A stretch of DNA of 64,000 nucleotides from Patescibacteria group bacterium (GCA_041666185.1 JBAYHL010000004.1:105-64104), one strand, 5' to 3'; shown: positions 40,185 through 50,724, counted from the first letter of the stretch. Notes: a model not told the origin generated them from the letters alone. Translations and numbers: made by a program.

Positions 40185-41378
40185 TTACTTTAAGCTTTTC
40201 CTGTGTTTTTTTCGATAATATTCTATAGCAAAACGATGAGCTTCGTCACGAACTCGAAGCAATAATTTTTTGTCAACACTTAAGTTGTCATCGGTAACAA
40301 TCTCGTCCTTATTTCGATCCGGACCTTTAGCAATTCCTATCACCGGAATATTAAGTTTTTTATTTTTTAAAACTTCTTTTGCGGCATTTACTTGCCCCTT
40401 ACCACCATCAACTAATACTAAATCCGGTTTTGGCCACTCTAAGTGCTCGAATCGACGAGAAATTATTTCTTTCATCGAGGAAACATCATTTGCCCCCTCA
40501 ACAGTTTTGATTTTAAATTTTCTATACTGTCCTTTATCAATCAGCCCTTCACTAAAAACCACCATTGAACCAACAGCGAACGCCCCAGAGATATTGGAAA
40601 CATCGTAAGCCTCAATTCTTGCCGGGACATCTTCAGGATGAGATAAGTCATCTTCGGCAATTAAAGAAACATCTTGAATATGGCGAAGAGCAAAAATTTT
40701 ATCCCGAAGTTTTGCCGCACGCTCGAATTCTTGCATTTTTGCCGCCTGTTTCATTTCTTGTTCAATATCTTTAATAACTTGTTTTTTGTGTCCTTTTAAA
40801 AATAAAAGAATTTGTTTAATAGTTCTTTGGTAGTCTTGTTTTTCTACTTTGCCAGCACAAACCCCTGGGCACATACCTAAATGGTATTCAAAACAAGCTT
40901 TCCCGGAAAGTGGTTTGCAAGATACCCTAAAAGGGAAAATTTTTCTAATAATTTGCAAAGCTTCACGAACTTGACCACTAGAAGGATATGGACCAAAAAA
41001 TTCACCAGCCGGTAATTTTTGAGTAATTCGCGCTGGCATTATCCGTGGCCATTCTTCTTTAGTGACAAAAATACCCAAAAAAGTTTTATCGTCTTTAAGT
41101 TTAATATTATATTTTGGCTTATATTTTTTAATTAAATTACTTTCCAAAATAAGAGCTTCGATAACAGAATCTGTTTTTAAAGTATCGATAGTTTTTACCT
41201 GTTCGAGCATCTTTTCAATTCGTGTTTCTTGAGGTCGCTGAAAATAAGAAATTACCCGGCGTTTTAAAGATGAGGCTTTACCAATATACAAAGGACTACG
41301 CCTCACATCGCGCATAATATAGACCCCTGGTAAGTCTGGGAACTTTTTAATTTTAGTAATTATTTTAGAATTATCCAT
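40185..41378 (-). CDS. uvrC: Excinuclease ABC subunit C (compact)
   Basis: GIY-YIG (GVY...YIGKA), UVR domain, RNase H-like DGGKGQ, RDEAHRFA; no HhH tail. Confidence 0.92.
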   Translation of the reverse strand: MDNSKIITKIKKFPDLPGVYIMRDVRRSPLYIGKASSLKRRVISYFQRPQETRIEKMLEQVKTIDTLKTDSVIEALILESNLIKKYKPKYNIKLKDDKTFLGIFVTKEEWPRIMPARITQKLPAGEFFGPYPSSGQVREALQIIRKIFPFRVSCKPLSGKACFEYHLGMCPGVCAGKVEKQDYQRTIKQILLFLKGHKKQVIKDIEQEMKQAAKMQEFERAAKLRDKIFALRHIQDVSLIAEDDLSHPEDVPARIEAYDVSNISGAFAVGSMVVFSEGLIDKGQYRKFKIKTVEGANDVSSMKEIISRRFEHLEWPKPDLVLVDGGKGQVNAAKEVLKNKKLNIPVIGIAKGPDRNKDEIVTDDNLSVDKKLLLRVRDEAHRFAIEYYRKKHRKSLK

Positions 41379-41470
41379 AGCGTTTAATTTTATCACCCTT
41401 ATTGCGATTTGACAATTTAGAAGGAATCAAGATAAAATCAGGTCAGAACAAATCAGGGGGTGTACATATA

Positions 41471-41941
41471 ATGGAAAGAGAATTTACTTATAAGATTTCA
41501 CCCGGACTTTACGAGATTCTGCTAAAATCTTGCTCGGTCTTTCAAGAAATACTTAAGAAAGCACGCGAGGCAATTGCTAATGACAATAGCATTTCTGACT
41601 TAGCTGAAAAATTCCATCTTTCTACCGATATATACGTCAGCAATTACACTGAAGACAAGAGACCAATCTTTGTGCTTTCTGGGCTTTTTCATGTTTGTTT
41701 TGATACTACCGAATGGCTTACGAATAAAGCTAGTGAACAAAAACGATATAATCATGCCGAACATTTAGTTCAGAAGATTATAAGTGAAGCGGAAACAGTA
41801 AGTGCTATTGATTACCAAGGTAGAGTTGCCGTTACAAGACATGTCGAAAACGCGGACAAATATTACTGTCTTCCAGATGAAGCAAAGGCGATTAAAAACA
41901 AAATGCTAGAGAATCTAGCTAGCTCCAAAGAATACGAATAG
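41471..41941 (+). CDS. Hypothetical protein (lone antisense cassette)
   Basis: TTGACA-18-TAAAAT, GGGGGTG SD, ATG 41471; hairpin 41982-42006. Confidence 0.65.
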   Translation: MEREFTYKISPGLYEILLKSCSVFQEILKKAREAIANDNSISDLAEKFHLSTDIYVSNYTEDKRPIFVLSGLFHVCFDTTEWLTNKASEQKRYNHAEHLVQKIISEAETVSAIDYQGRVAVTRHVENADKYYCLPDEAKAIKNKMLENLASSKEYE

Positions 41942-41991
41942 AATCTACTCTTGATCATCTTACTACTAACTTTTTCATTCATTCCCGCTAT

Positions 41992-44844
41992 TCAAGCGGG
42001 ATTTTTATTTTCTAAGACTTTTTGCAAAAACTGGCCGGTATATGATTTTTCAATTTTAGCTACTTCTTCCGGAGTACCAGTAGCAACAATCTTACCGCCA
42101 CCATCACCACCTTCTGGTCCAAGATCAATAACATAATCGCAAGTCTTAATAACATCCAGGTTATGTTCAATCACGATTACGGTATTACCCCCATCAACTA
42201 AGCGATGTAAAACAACTAACAGTTTATTAATATCATCAAAATGAAGACCGGTTGTAGGCTCATCTAAAATATATAAGGTTTTGCCAGTTGCACGCTTGGA
42301 AAGTTCAGAAGCAAGCTTTATTCTTTGAGCTTCCCCACCAGACAAAGTTGTCGCTGCTTGTCCCAAATGAATATAGCCCAAACCAACATCTTCTAAAGTT
42401 TTTAAAACATCGGCAATTTTTGGAATTGGTTTAAAAAATTCTAAAGCATCAGAAACCGTCATCTCCAAAACATCGGCAATCGATTTTCCCTTATATAGAA
42501 CTGATAATGTTTCGCGATTAAAACGCTTGCCGGCACAAACATCACAAGGAATATAAACGTCTGGCAAAAAGTGCATTTCAATTTTTGTAAATCCATCACC
42601 CTGGCAATTATCACAGCGACCACCAGCAACATTAAATGAAAATCTGCCCGGCTGATAACCACGAGCTTTTGCTTCACGAGTTGCAGAGAAAAGCTCACGA
42701 ATATATGTAAAAACACCGGTATAAGTTGCTGGATTAGAGCGAGGTGTTCGGCCAATTGGTGACTGATCGATAACAATACATTTATTAAGATGTTCGGCAC
42801 CTTCAATTCTTGCGTGTTTGCCTGGCCGATCAAGACTCCTGGAAATTTTTCTTGCCAACGCTTTATATAAAATTTCATTGACTAAACTTGATTTACCGCT
42901 CCCAGAAACTCCTGTCACACAAGTAAAAACACCTAGCGGAAAATGAACTGTTAGGTTTTTTAAATTGTTTTCGTTAGCGCCAACAATACTTAAAAAATTA
43001 TCTTTTATTTTTCGACGATTGCCTGGCACAAGAATTTTTTTCTCTCCCGATAAATACTGACCAGTAATTGATCTTGGCTCTTTTTTAATTTCTTCCAAAT
43101 TTCCTTGAGCGACGATTTCTCCACCATTACTTCCTGCTCCTGGGCCAATATCAACAATTAGATCTGCTCGACGCATTGTTTCTTCGTCATGCTCAATAAC
43201 AATCATCGAATTACCTAAATCACGTAAGTATTCTAAAGTGTCTAGTAATTTATCATCATCCCTTGGATGAAGACCAACTGACGGTTCGTCAAGAATATAC
43301 AAAACACCAACTAATCCGGAACCAATTTGAGAAGCTAAACGAATACGTTGAGCTTCCCCACCAGCCAAAGTAAAGGCGGGGCGATCTAAAGTTAAATAAT
43401 CCAAACCAACATCAACCAAAAATTTCAAACGGGCTTTTATTTCTTTTAAAATTCTTTCGGCAATCAATTTTTCTTTAGCAGTAGTCTCAAGATTTTCAAA
43501 AAAATCTAAAGTTTGCTTGATTGATAAATTAGTAATTTGAGAAATATTTTTGGCTTGTCCTGAGCTTGTCGAAGGGTTACCAATTCTTACAAGTAAACTT
43601 TCTTTTTTTAAGCGCTTTCCTTCACACTGACCACAAGGTGTTTGACTCATATATTTTTCAATATCTGTTCTGACACTTTCGGACTCTGTTTGATGATACC
43701 TTCTTTCGAGTAACGGAATGATTCCTTCAAAACGTACCCAGAAAACGTTTGAATGACCATGAGAAAAATAACGCACTTTTAATCGTTCTGGCAAATTAGA
43801 TCCGTAAAGAATGTTTTGCAAATACTCTGGATGAATATTTTTAATTGGTGTGTGTTCCGAAAAACCAAAATGCTCAACAACTGCTCGTAAAATCGCCCCA
43901 TAATAATTATTAGTTTTGTAACTTAATGGCATGATTGCCCCTTGAGCAATTGAAAGATTTTTATCCGGAATAACCAAGTTAGGATCAATATTTTTCTCAA
44001 CTCCGAGTCCTCCACATTTTTCGCAAGCGCCATAAGGACTATTAAAAGAAAAAATTCGCGGTTCAATTTCCGAAATACCAACACCATGTTCTGTGCATTG
44101 TAAGTTTTGATTTAATAAAATTTCTTTATCATCAACACTAATAAGAACTAATCCGTCAGCTAATTTTAAAGATTGTTCAACTGCCTCGCTTATACGACCA
44201 ATGTTTTCTGCTTTGATTTCCAAATTATCAATTAAGATTTCGATTTCGTGTTGCTTATAACGGGCTAAAGGAATTTTTTCGGAAAGATTTTTTATCACAC
44301 CATTAATTCTAGCTTTTGAAAAACCACCCTTAAATAGATCATTTAACAATTGATGATATTCACCTTTTCTACCACGAACAACGGGCGCTAAGATCATAAT
44401 TTTTTTGCCTTCGCCCAAATCAAGAATTTGTTCAATCATTTGTTCTAGAGAAAGTTTAGTAATTGGTTTGTCGCAAATCGGACAATGAGGAATACCAATG
44501 CGAGCAAAGAGAACTCTTAAATAATCGTAAATTTCCGTAACCGTACCAACTGTTGAACGAGGGTTATGAGTGGCAGCTTTTTGATCAATGGAAATTGCCG
44601 GAGAAAGCCCTTCAATCGAATCAACATCTGGTTTTTCCATTTGACCCAAAAACTGTCGAGCGTAAGAAGAAAGCGACTCCAAGTAACGACGTTGACCTTC
44701 GGCATAAATTGTATCAAACGCCAAAGTAGACTTGCCGGAACCGGAAAGCCCTGTAAAAACTATAAATTTATTGCGCTGTAATTCAAGATTAATATTTTTT
44801 AAATTATGTTCTCGCGCACCTTTGATGACAATTTTATCTTGCAT
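41992..44844 (-). CDS. uvrA: Excinuclease ABC subunit A
   Basis: Two Walker A motifs (GLSGSGKS, GVSGSGKS), zinc fingers, LSGGEAQRIKLA. Confidence 0.98.
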   Translation of the reverse strand: MQDKIVIKGAREHNLKNINLELQRNKFIVFTGLSGSGKSTLAFDTIYAEGQRRYLESLSSYARQFLGQMEKPDVDSIEGLSPAISIDQKAATHNPRSTVGTVTEIYDYLRVLFARIGIPHCPICDKPITKLSLEQMIEQILDLGEGKKIMILAPVVRGRKGEYHQLLNDLFKGGFSKARINGVIKNLSEKIPLARYKQHEIEILIDNLEIKAENIGRISEAVEQSLKLADGLVLISVDDKEILLNQNLQCTEHGVGISEIEPRIFSFNSPYGACEKCGGLGVEKNIDPNLVIPDKNLSIAQGAIMPLSYKTNNYYGAILRAVVEHFGFSEHTPIKNIHPEYLQNILYGSNLPERLKVRYFSHGHSNVFWVRFEGIIPLLERRYHQTESESVRTDIEKYMSQTPCGQCEGKRLKKESLLVRIGNPSTSSGQAKNISQITNLSIKQTLDFFENLETTAKEKLIAERILKEIKARLKFLVDVGLDYLTLDRPAFTLAGGEAQRIRLASQIGSGLVGVLYILDEPSVGLHPRDDDKLLDTLEYLRDLGNSMIVIEHDEETMRRADLIVDIGPGAGSNGGEIVAQGNLEEIKKEPRSITGQYLSGEKKILVPGNRRKIKDNFLSIVGANENNLKNLTVHFPLGVFTCVTGVSGSGKSSLVNEILYKALARKISRSLDRPGKHARIEGAEHLNKCIVIDQSPIGRTPRSNPATYTGVFTYIRELFSATREAKARGYQPGRFSFNVAGGRCDNCQGDGFTKIEMHFLPDVYIPCDVCAGKRFNRETLSVLYKGKSIADVLEMTVSDALEFFKPIPKIADVLKTLEDVGLGYIHLGQAATTLSGGEAQRIKLASELSKRATGKTLYILDEPTTGLHFDDINKLLVVLHRLVDGGNTVIVIEHNLDVIKTCDYVIDLGPEGGDGGGKIVATGTPEEVAKIEKSYTGQFLQKVLENKNPA
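43553..43576 (-). repeat. REP-like 24-bp in-frame insertion in uvrA
   Basis: CCTTCGACAAGCTCAGGACAAGC encoding PSTSSGQA between IGN and KNI. Confidence 0.7.
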
Positions 44845-44996
44845 ATATTTATTTTACCCAGATTTTTTATATTTAATTTAGCGGATATATTGTAACAAAA
44901 AGTTTCAGATAAATCCAGTCATGTCTCTTGACTAGATTAAATAAAAATGATATATAATATAGAAGTAGTTTAGAAAATCTGAGGAGGTGAAGTAAG

Positions 44997-45260
44997 TTGA
45001 AAGCTAAAGTCGCACCACCGCCAAAAACAGTTTTGTCATCGACACCACCAACGTCAGAAGAGCTAAAAACAGACGAGTTTCCAATACCCGTCTCCGCTGA
45101 CTACACCGAGATTGTCCAAAAAGCCGATCTCACTGCCAGGATCATTGACCAGCATCTTGATTTCGAAGAAAGAAGTCAAGGCCGCAAAATGCGACCAATG
45201 ACCCTCTGCCCAGAGCAAGGAAATAGCCTTGCCTCCGACCTCTCTGAGGTAACAAGGTGA
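44997..45260 (+). CDS. Hypothetical protein
   Basis: GAGGAGGTGA SD before TTG; promoter TTGACT...TATAAT upstream. Confidence 0.55.
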   Translation: MKAKVAPPPKTVLSSTPPTSEELKTDEFPIPVSADYTEIVQKADLTARIIDQHLDFEERSQGRKMRPMTLCPEQGNSLASDLSEVTR

Positions 45261-45264
45261 AGTA

Positions 45265-45519
45265 ATGAAAAAGATGCTTTACGGCGCCGATCTTGACAGA
45301 AAAACCATTAATCGAGCAATGCGCCTAGTTGAGAAGCACCTTTGGCTTTACCGGACAAATCGAGCCCAAAATCTACCAGAAGAAGCCAGAGTTAGGCTCT
45401 ATCTCGATCTTCAAAAGCTTTTTCGTGGAGAATTACCAGCCCCTGATCAGCTAATATGGCGTTTCAAAAATGCATTTGGGCGCCTCTACCAAAAAGTTGA
45501 AGATTTACTCGCCGCTTGA
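45265..45519 (+). CDS. Hypothetical basic protein
   Basis: AAGGTGA SD, coupled to the upstream ORF, followed by a terminator. Confidence 0.6.
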   Translation: MKKMLYGADLDRKTINRAMRLVEKHLWLYRTNRAQNLPEEARVRLYLDLQKLFRGELPAPDQLIWRFKNAFGRLYQKVEDLLAA

Positions 45520-45531
45520 TCCCCGCCCACC

Positions 45532-45557
45532 GACCCTGTCATTCGACAGGGTCTTTT
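45532..45557 (+). terminator. Terminator, TGTC-ATTC-GACA family
   Basis: GACCCTGTC-ATTC-GACAGGGTC-TTTT. Confidence 0.8.
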
Positions 45558-45564
45558 AAATTAT

Positions 45565-47520
45565 TTAAAACCTTAATTTTTTAAGTTGAACTATTTCGTC
45601 ACGCAAAATGGCTGCTTGTTCAAATTCTAAATTCTTGGCAGCTTTTTTCATTTCACTTTCTTTAAAACGTAAGATTCTTGGTAAATCTTCCAAGTTTTCA
45701 ATTTTTACATATTCTCGCGGAATTTCTGGTTTGAGTTCATGATCGATAATACTTTCAATAGATTTTTGAATCGTTTTAGGAGTAATATGATGTTTTTTAT
45801 TATAAGCAGTTTGAATTTTTCTGCGTCTTTCAGTTTCAAAAATTGCTCGCTCCATTGAACCAGTAATATTGTCAGCATATAAAATAACTTTACCGGAGAC
45901 ATTTCTCGCTGCCCGACCTATTGTTTGAACTAAAGAAACTTCACTACGCAAAAAACCTTCTTTGTCGGCATCTAGTATTGCTACCAATGTTACCTCCGGC
46001 AAATCTAAACCTTCACGAAGTAAATTTACGCCCACCAAACAATCAATTTTGCCACGTCGTAAATTTTCTAAAATTCCTACTCTGTCTAAAGTGTCAACTT
46101 CACTATGAATATATTCTGATTTTATTTTACTTTCTTTTAAATGCTCTGATAAATCTTCAGCCATTCGTTTAGTAAGAGCGGTTACTAATATTCTTTCATT
46201 TTTAGCGGCCCTGATTTTGATTTCCGAAATTAAATCGTCAATTTGATTCTGCGTTGGTCTAATTTCTAACTCAGGGTCAACTAGACCAGTTGGGCGAATA
46301 ATTTGCTCAACAAACCCTCTAGAATGTTCGTGTTCATATAAGGACGGTGTCGCGGTTGTAAATATTACTTGATTAACTTTTTCTTCAAATTCAGGAAATT
46401 TCAAAGGACGATTATCGTAAGCGCTAGGTAACCGAAAACCATTTTTAACCAAAGCGTCCTTTCTTGATTTATCGCCAGCAAACATACCTCTAATTTGAGG
46501 GATGGTTACATGAGACTCGTCAATTACCATCAAAAAATCTTCAGGAAAAAAATCTAACAAAGTATACGGTGCTTGGCCCGGACTACGACCAGTTAAGTAC
46601 CGCGAGTAGTTTTCAATTCCCGAACAATAACCAACCTCTCTTAACATTTCTAAATCAAAGTCTGTTCTGCGACGCAATCTTTCTGCTTCTAAAACTTGGC
46701 CTTTGCTTTCAAAATATTTCAATCTTTCTTCCAGCTCTTTTTGGATACCATTGAATGATTTTTCAAGTTCTGCCCCTTCAACAACAAAATGTTTTGCCGG
46801 ATAAATAGTTATTTCTGACCTTTCGGAAATTTTCTTCATTGTTAAGTTTTCAAAAATAGTAATCGCAAAAACTAAATCTTGATCAAACTCGATCCTTATA
46901 ATTACTTCTTGATCTATCGGCATAATTTCTAAAGTAGACCCATGTAAACGAAATCTTCCTCTTTCCAAAATTTCACTGCGAGTAAAATAAAGTCCAACTA
47001 AACGCTTGGTAACTTCTGTAAGTTTTAGATTTTCACCTTTACGAAAATTCAAAAACGATTGGGCGTAAACTTCGGGGCTTCCTAAACCATAAATACAAGA
47101 AACCGAGGCAACGATTATCACATCTTTCCGTGTCAGAAGAGCCTGAGTAGCCGCATGACGAAGTCTTTCGATTTCTTTATTTATCTCAACTTCTTTTTCA
47201 ATATAAACATCGCTTGTTTCAAGATAAGCTTCCGGTTGGTAGTAATCGTAATAAGAAACAAAATATTCAACGGCGTTTTCAGGAAAAAAAGTTCTAAATT
47301 CTTGTGTTAGCTGCGCCGCTAAAGTTTTGTTATGAGCAACGACTAAGGTTGGCTTTTGAACATTTTTAATCACGTTGGCAATTGTAAAAGTTTTCCCAGA
47401 ACCAGTCACACCTAAAAGGGTCTGATATTTCAGGCCATCGTTTAACCCCTTCGACAACTTAGCGATTGCTTTTGTTTGATCACCAGCTGGTTTAAATTTT
47501 GAATTAATCTTAAATTCCAT
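45565..47520 (-). CDS. uvrB: Excinuclease ABC subunit B
   Basis: GVTGSGKT, YFVSYYDYYQPEAY, DESH, NLLREGLD, C-terminal UVR domain. Confidence 0.98.
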   Translation of the reverse strand: MEFKINSKFKPAGDQTKAIAKLSKGLNDGLKYQTLLGVTGSGKTFTIANVIKNVQKPTLVVAHNKTLAAQLTQEFRTFFPENAVEYFVSYYDYYQPEAYLETSDVYIEKEVEINKEIERLRHAATQALLTRKDVIIVASVSCIYGLGSPEVYAQSFLNFRKGENLKLTEVTKRLVGLYFTRSEILERGRFRLHGSTLEIMPIDQEVIIRIEFDQDLVFAITIFENLTMKKISERSEITIYPAKHFVVEGAELEKSFNGIQKELEERLKYFESKGQVLEAERLRRRTDFDLEMLREVGYCSGIENYSRYLTGRSPGQAPYTLLDFFPEDFLMVIDESHVTIPQIRGMFAGDKSRKDALVKNGFRLPSAYDNRPLKFPEFEEKVNQVIFTTATPSLYEHEHSRGFVEQIIRPTGLVDPELEIRPTQNQIDDLISEIKIRAAKNERILVTALTKRMAEDLSEHLKESKIKSEYIHSEVDTLDRVGILENLRRGKIDCLVGVNLLREGLDLPEVTLVAILDADKEGFLRSEVSLVQTIGRAARNVSGKVILYADNITGSMERAIFETERRRKIQTAYNKKHHITPKTIQKSIESIIDHELKPEIPREYVKIENLEDLPRILRFKESEMKKAAKNLEFEQAAILRDEIVQLKKLRF

Positions 47521-47552
47521 CCAGTGTATATTAACATATTTTTTTTAAATAC

Positions 47553-47586
47553 AAAATCCCTCCGCGGAAATCGTTGGAGGGATTTT
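47553..47586. terminator. Bidirectional terminator
   Basis: AAAATCCCTCC...GGAGGGATTTT. Confidence 0.8.
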
Positions 47587-47616
47587 GATAATTTTTTTGA
47601 TAAGAAACCTAAGTGA

Positions 47617-47775
47617 TTACTCTGCTACTTCTTCATCATCATCGTCTTCTGAATCACTATCCATTTCTTCTTCACCATCTTCTCCTGGTTCTTCCATTGT
47701 CATGTCATCATCAGTTTCTTCTTCAGTAGCATCGTCTGTTTGATCAGCGGCTACATCTTGTGTTGGATCGTCCAT
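47617..47775 (-). CDS. 52-aa ultra-acidic microprotein (not in ORF track)
   Basis: AGGAGG SD; MDDPTQDVAADQTDDATEEETDDDMTMEEPGEDGEEEMDSDSEDDDDEEVAE; followed by a terminator. Confidence 0.8.
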   Translation of the reverse strand: MDDPTQDVAADQTDDATEEETDDDMTMEEPGEDGEEEMDSDSEDDDDEEVAE

Positions 47776-47828
47776 GTGCCTCCTCTTGCTCGACCAATCT
47801 GCTAGACACAGATTGCCGAGAAATTACT

Positions 47829-49073
47829 TTACTTTTCATCATTATCAAAAATATCAATTATTTTGTCAATATCAACAAGATTTGACTCTTCTTGATCCCT
47901 CTTTTTAAATTCGATTTTTTTGTCTTCTAAAGTTTTGGCGCTTAAAACTAATCTATAGGGAGCTCCTAATAAATCGGCATCGGAAAATTTTACTCCCGCA
48001 GAAACTTCTCTATCATCAAAAAGAACTCCAATCCCAGCTTTTACTAATCCGTCATAAACTTTTTCACCTTGCGAACCTTCTAAATCAATCAAATAAACAT
48101 CAAAAGGAGCAACTTCTTTCGGCCAAACCATTTTGTTTTTCGAAACATCAAAAAACATTTCAACTAATGACGCCAAACATCTGGTTATACCAATACCGTA
48201 CGACCCCATAACAATATCTTTTTCTTGGCCATTTTCGTCAACAAAAACCGCTCCCATTGATTTCGAATATTTTGTTTTTAATTTAAAAATATTACCAACT
48301 TCAATACCGTTATCCTTGGCAATTTTACCGTCACATTTTGGGCAATTATCACCTTCTTCCACCTTAGCTATTTCTTTATTTTGAGCAAAATCACATTTTG
48401 TACAATAAAAAACCGTGTCTTCGCCAGCTGGCGCTAAAACTTGAAATTCATGAGAATATTCTTTGCCAAAAGGTCCGCCAGAGGCTTCAACTATTTTTAC
48501 CGGCATTTCAAGCCGAGCGAAAATTTTTAAATACGCTTTTTTAACAATTTCGTAAAACTGATTTAAATCTTCTTCGTCTTGATGAAAACTATACAAATCT
48601 TTCATCAAAAATTCGCGACCACGAAGCAATCCGGACTTCGCTCGAGGTTCATTGCGAAATTTAGTTTGAATTTGATAAAGATATTGGGGTAAATCCTTAT
48701 AAGAGTGAATTTTGTGCCGGACAATACTTGTTAACTGCTCTTCATGGGTTGGACTAAGAGCCAATTCTTTATCTCTTGCGTCTTTAAAAGCGTACAAAAT
48801 ATCTTTCATCTCTTGCCAACGACCAGTTTCTTCCCAAAGCTCTTTAGGGGAAAGAACATTCATCAATATTTCTTGAGAATCAATAGTGTTCATTTCCTCA
48901 CGAATAATATTTTCAATTTTTTGATAAACCTTAAAACCAAGAGGCAAGAGAGCATAAACACCCGCCATTTGTTTTTCCACAAATGAAGCTCTCTCTAAAT
49001 AAGAAGCATTAATTGAGTCTGAGTCCGATGGGGTTTCTTTTTGAGTTTTAATAAATGATTTTGAGTATCTCAT
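47829..49073 (-). CDS. proS: Prolyl-tRNA synthetase (no editing insertion)
   Basis: PTHEE, KFRNEPRAKSGLLRGREFLMKD, IEVGNIF, MGSYGIG. Confidence 0.95.
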   Translation of the reverse strand: MRYSKSFIKTQKETPSDSDSINASYLERASFVEKQMAGVYALLPLGFKVYQKIENIIREEMNTIDSQEILMNVLSPKELWEETGRWQEMKDILYAFKDARDKELALSPTHEEQLTSIVRHKIHSYKDLPQYLYQIQTKFRNEPRAKSGLLRGREFLMKDLYSFHQDEEDLNQFYEIVKKAYLKIFARLEMPVKIVEASGGPFGKEYSHEFQVLAPAGEDTVFYCTKCDFAQNKEIAKVEEGDNCPKCDGKIAKDNGIEVGNIFKLKTKYSKSMGAVFVDENGQEKDIVMGSYGIGITRCLASLVEMFFDVSKNKMVWPKEVAPFDVYLIDLEGSQGEKVYDGLVKAGIGVLFDDREVSAGVKFSDADLLGAPYRLVLSAKTLEDKKIEFKKRDQEESNLVDIDKIIDIFDNDEK

Positions 49074-49081
49074 AGTTTAAA

Positions 49082-50137
49082 TTACCTAAACTTTAAAATA
49101 TCTCGAAAAACTATTGCTAACATTAGAATAATTAAAATGATAAAACCAATTGTATGAATTAAGTTTTCCACTTCTTGGCGAACGACTTTCTTACGGAAAA
49201 TTCCTTCCAAAGCTAGAAATAAAAGCTTACCACCATCTAAGGCCGGAAAAGGTAAAATATTGATTATTCCTAAATTAATCGAAAGAATTGCTAGAAGTTG
49301 TAAAATATAGATCCAACCAACCTTGATAGCGCTTGCGGTAAAGTTATAAATGCCAACTGGGCCGACAACCCCATCACCAGCTTCACCAGCTGTGCCAGTT
49401 GTAAATAAGCTTTTAATAATTTGCCAAAGAACAGTGAAAATTACACCAATACTTTTGCCTACTTCAACAGTCGCCGTTACAACTGCTTTGTATACAGGCT
49501 GTTTTACTTTGGTAACAGAAACAACACCAACTCCTAAAGGCGCCTCGCTGGAAGCTAAAGTCACTTGATAAGTTTGGGTTTCCTTACCTTTTTGAACTTC
49601 TAAAGAAACTTGTTGACCGGCATGACTTTTAGTAAATTCTTGGAGCTCAGAAGGTGTGGAGAAACCTTTTAAAATATTTCCCGGTTCTAAACCAATTCCT
49701 GAAGCAGCCGAATTAGGAGCAACCTCTGCTATCATCACTTGAGAAGTTTTTGTTCCCCCTAAATTCGTTGGATCAGAAACTAATGGCGTCATACCAACAC
49801 TAAAACCAATTGTTAAAACAACAATTGCCAAAATAAAGTTCATTAGCACACCGCTTAGAATAACGGTCATTTTTTGCCAAACTTTTTTAGAATAATAAGA
49901 ACCCGGCTTTTTAATGTCTTCGTTCTCACCTAAAAGACTGACGTAACCACCTAATGGTATTAGGTTAAAAGCATATCGAGTGCCATGATATATTTTACTA
50001 AAAAGCCTTGGCGGAAAACCAAAAGCAAATTCTTCTACTTTAATACCATTAAGTTTTGCCGCTATAAAATGGCCAAACTCATGAATTAAAATGAGAATGA
50101 CTAAGATAGCAACAAAAATGATAATTGTTAAAAACAT
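49082..50137 (-). CDS. rseP: Site-2 protease RseP (M50)
   Basis: HEFGH, NILPFPALDGG. Confidence 0.92.
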   Translation of the reverse strand: MFLTIIIFVAILVILILIHEFGHFIAAKLNGIKVEEFAFGFPPRLFSKIYHGTRYAFNLIPLGGYVSLLGENEDIKKPGSYYSKKVWQKMTVILSGVLMNFILAIVVLTIGFSVGMTPLVSDPTNLGGTKTSQVMIAEVAPNSAASGIGLEPGNILKGFSTPSELQEFTKSHAGQQVSLEVQKGKETQTYQVTLASSEAPLGVGVVSVTKVKQPVYKAVVTATVEVGKSIGVIFTVLWQIIKSLFTTGTAGEAGDGVVGPVGIYNFTASAIKVGWIYILQLLAILSINLGIINILPFPALDGGKLLFLALEGIFRKKVVRQEVENLIHTIGFIILIILMLAIVFRDILKFR

Positions 50138-50140
50138 TAT

Positions 50141-50698
50141 TTAAATAGTCCTAATTTCTTTTTCTTTATCTTCAATTAATTTATTAATTTTTAAATTAAA
50201 ATCTTCAATCAATTTGTTTAAATCTTTTTCTGCTCGATAACGATCATCTTCTGTGATTTGCTTGCTCGATTCTAATTTTTTAATATCTTTCCACGAGTCT
50301 TCGCGCAAATTTCTAAGTATCACTCTCGCCTCTTCGGCCATTTTATGGATCATACGAACTAATTCTTCTCGACGCTCAGCTGTCATTGGTGGTAGAGATA
50401 GCCTAATAGTTCGACCATCGCTTGTAGGGTTAAGGCCAACTTCTGAATTCTGAATTGCTAGTTTTATATCACCCAAAGAATTTGTATCCCATGGTTGAAT
50501 AACAATTGACGAAGGATCAGGCGTGCTAATATTAGCCACCTGTTTTAATGGTGTCATCGAACCATAATAAGAAACTAAAATATTTTCAACTAGCGCAGAG
50601 TTTGCCTTACCCGTTCTTACACCTTTTAAATTCTCTGATAACTTTTCCGTTATCTGCTGCATTTTGGGGTTAAGACCACGAAGAATACTTTGATACAC
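50141..50698 (-). CDS. frr: Ribosome recycling factor
   Basis: RTGKA, YYGS, PPMTAERR, RNLR. Confidence 0.95.
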   Translation of the reverse strand: MYQSILRGLNPKMQQITEKLSENLKGVRTGKANSALVENILVSYYGSMTPLKQVANISTPDPSSIVIQPWDTNSLGDIKLAIQNSEVGLNPTSDGRTIRLSLPPMTAERREELVRMIHKMAEEARVILRNLREDSWKDIKKLESSKQITEDDRYRAEKDLNKLIEDFNLKINKLIEDKEKEIRTI

Positions 50699-50724
50699 AT
50701 TCCTCCTAAAATAATATTTCTACT

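Noticed and set aside
45532-45557. TGTC-N4-GACA as an SOS/LexA box for uvr genes
   Set aside because: Copies lie at gene 3-prime ends inside longer stems with T tails, not in uvr promoters
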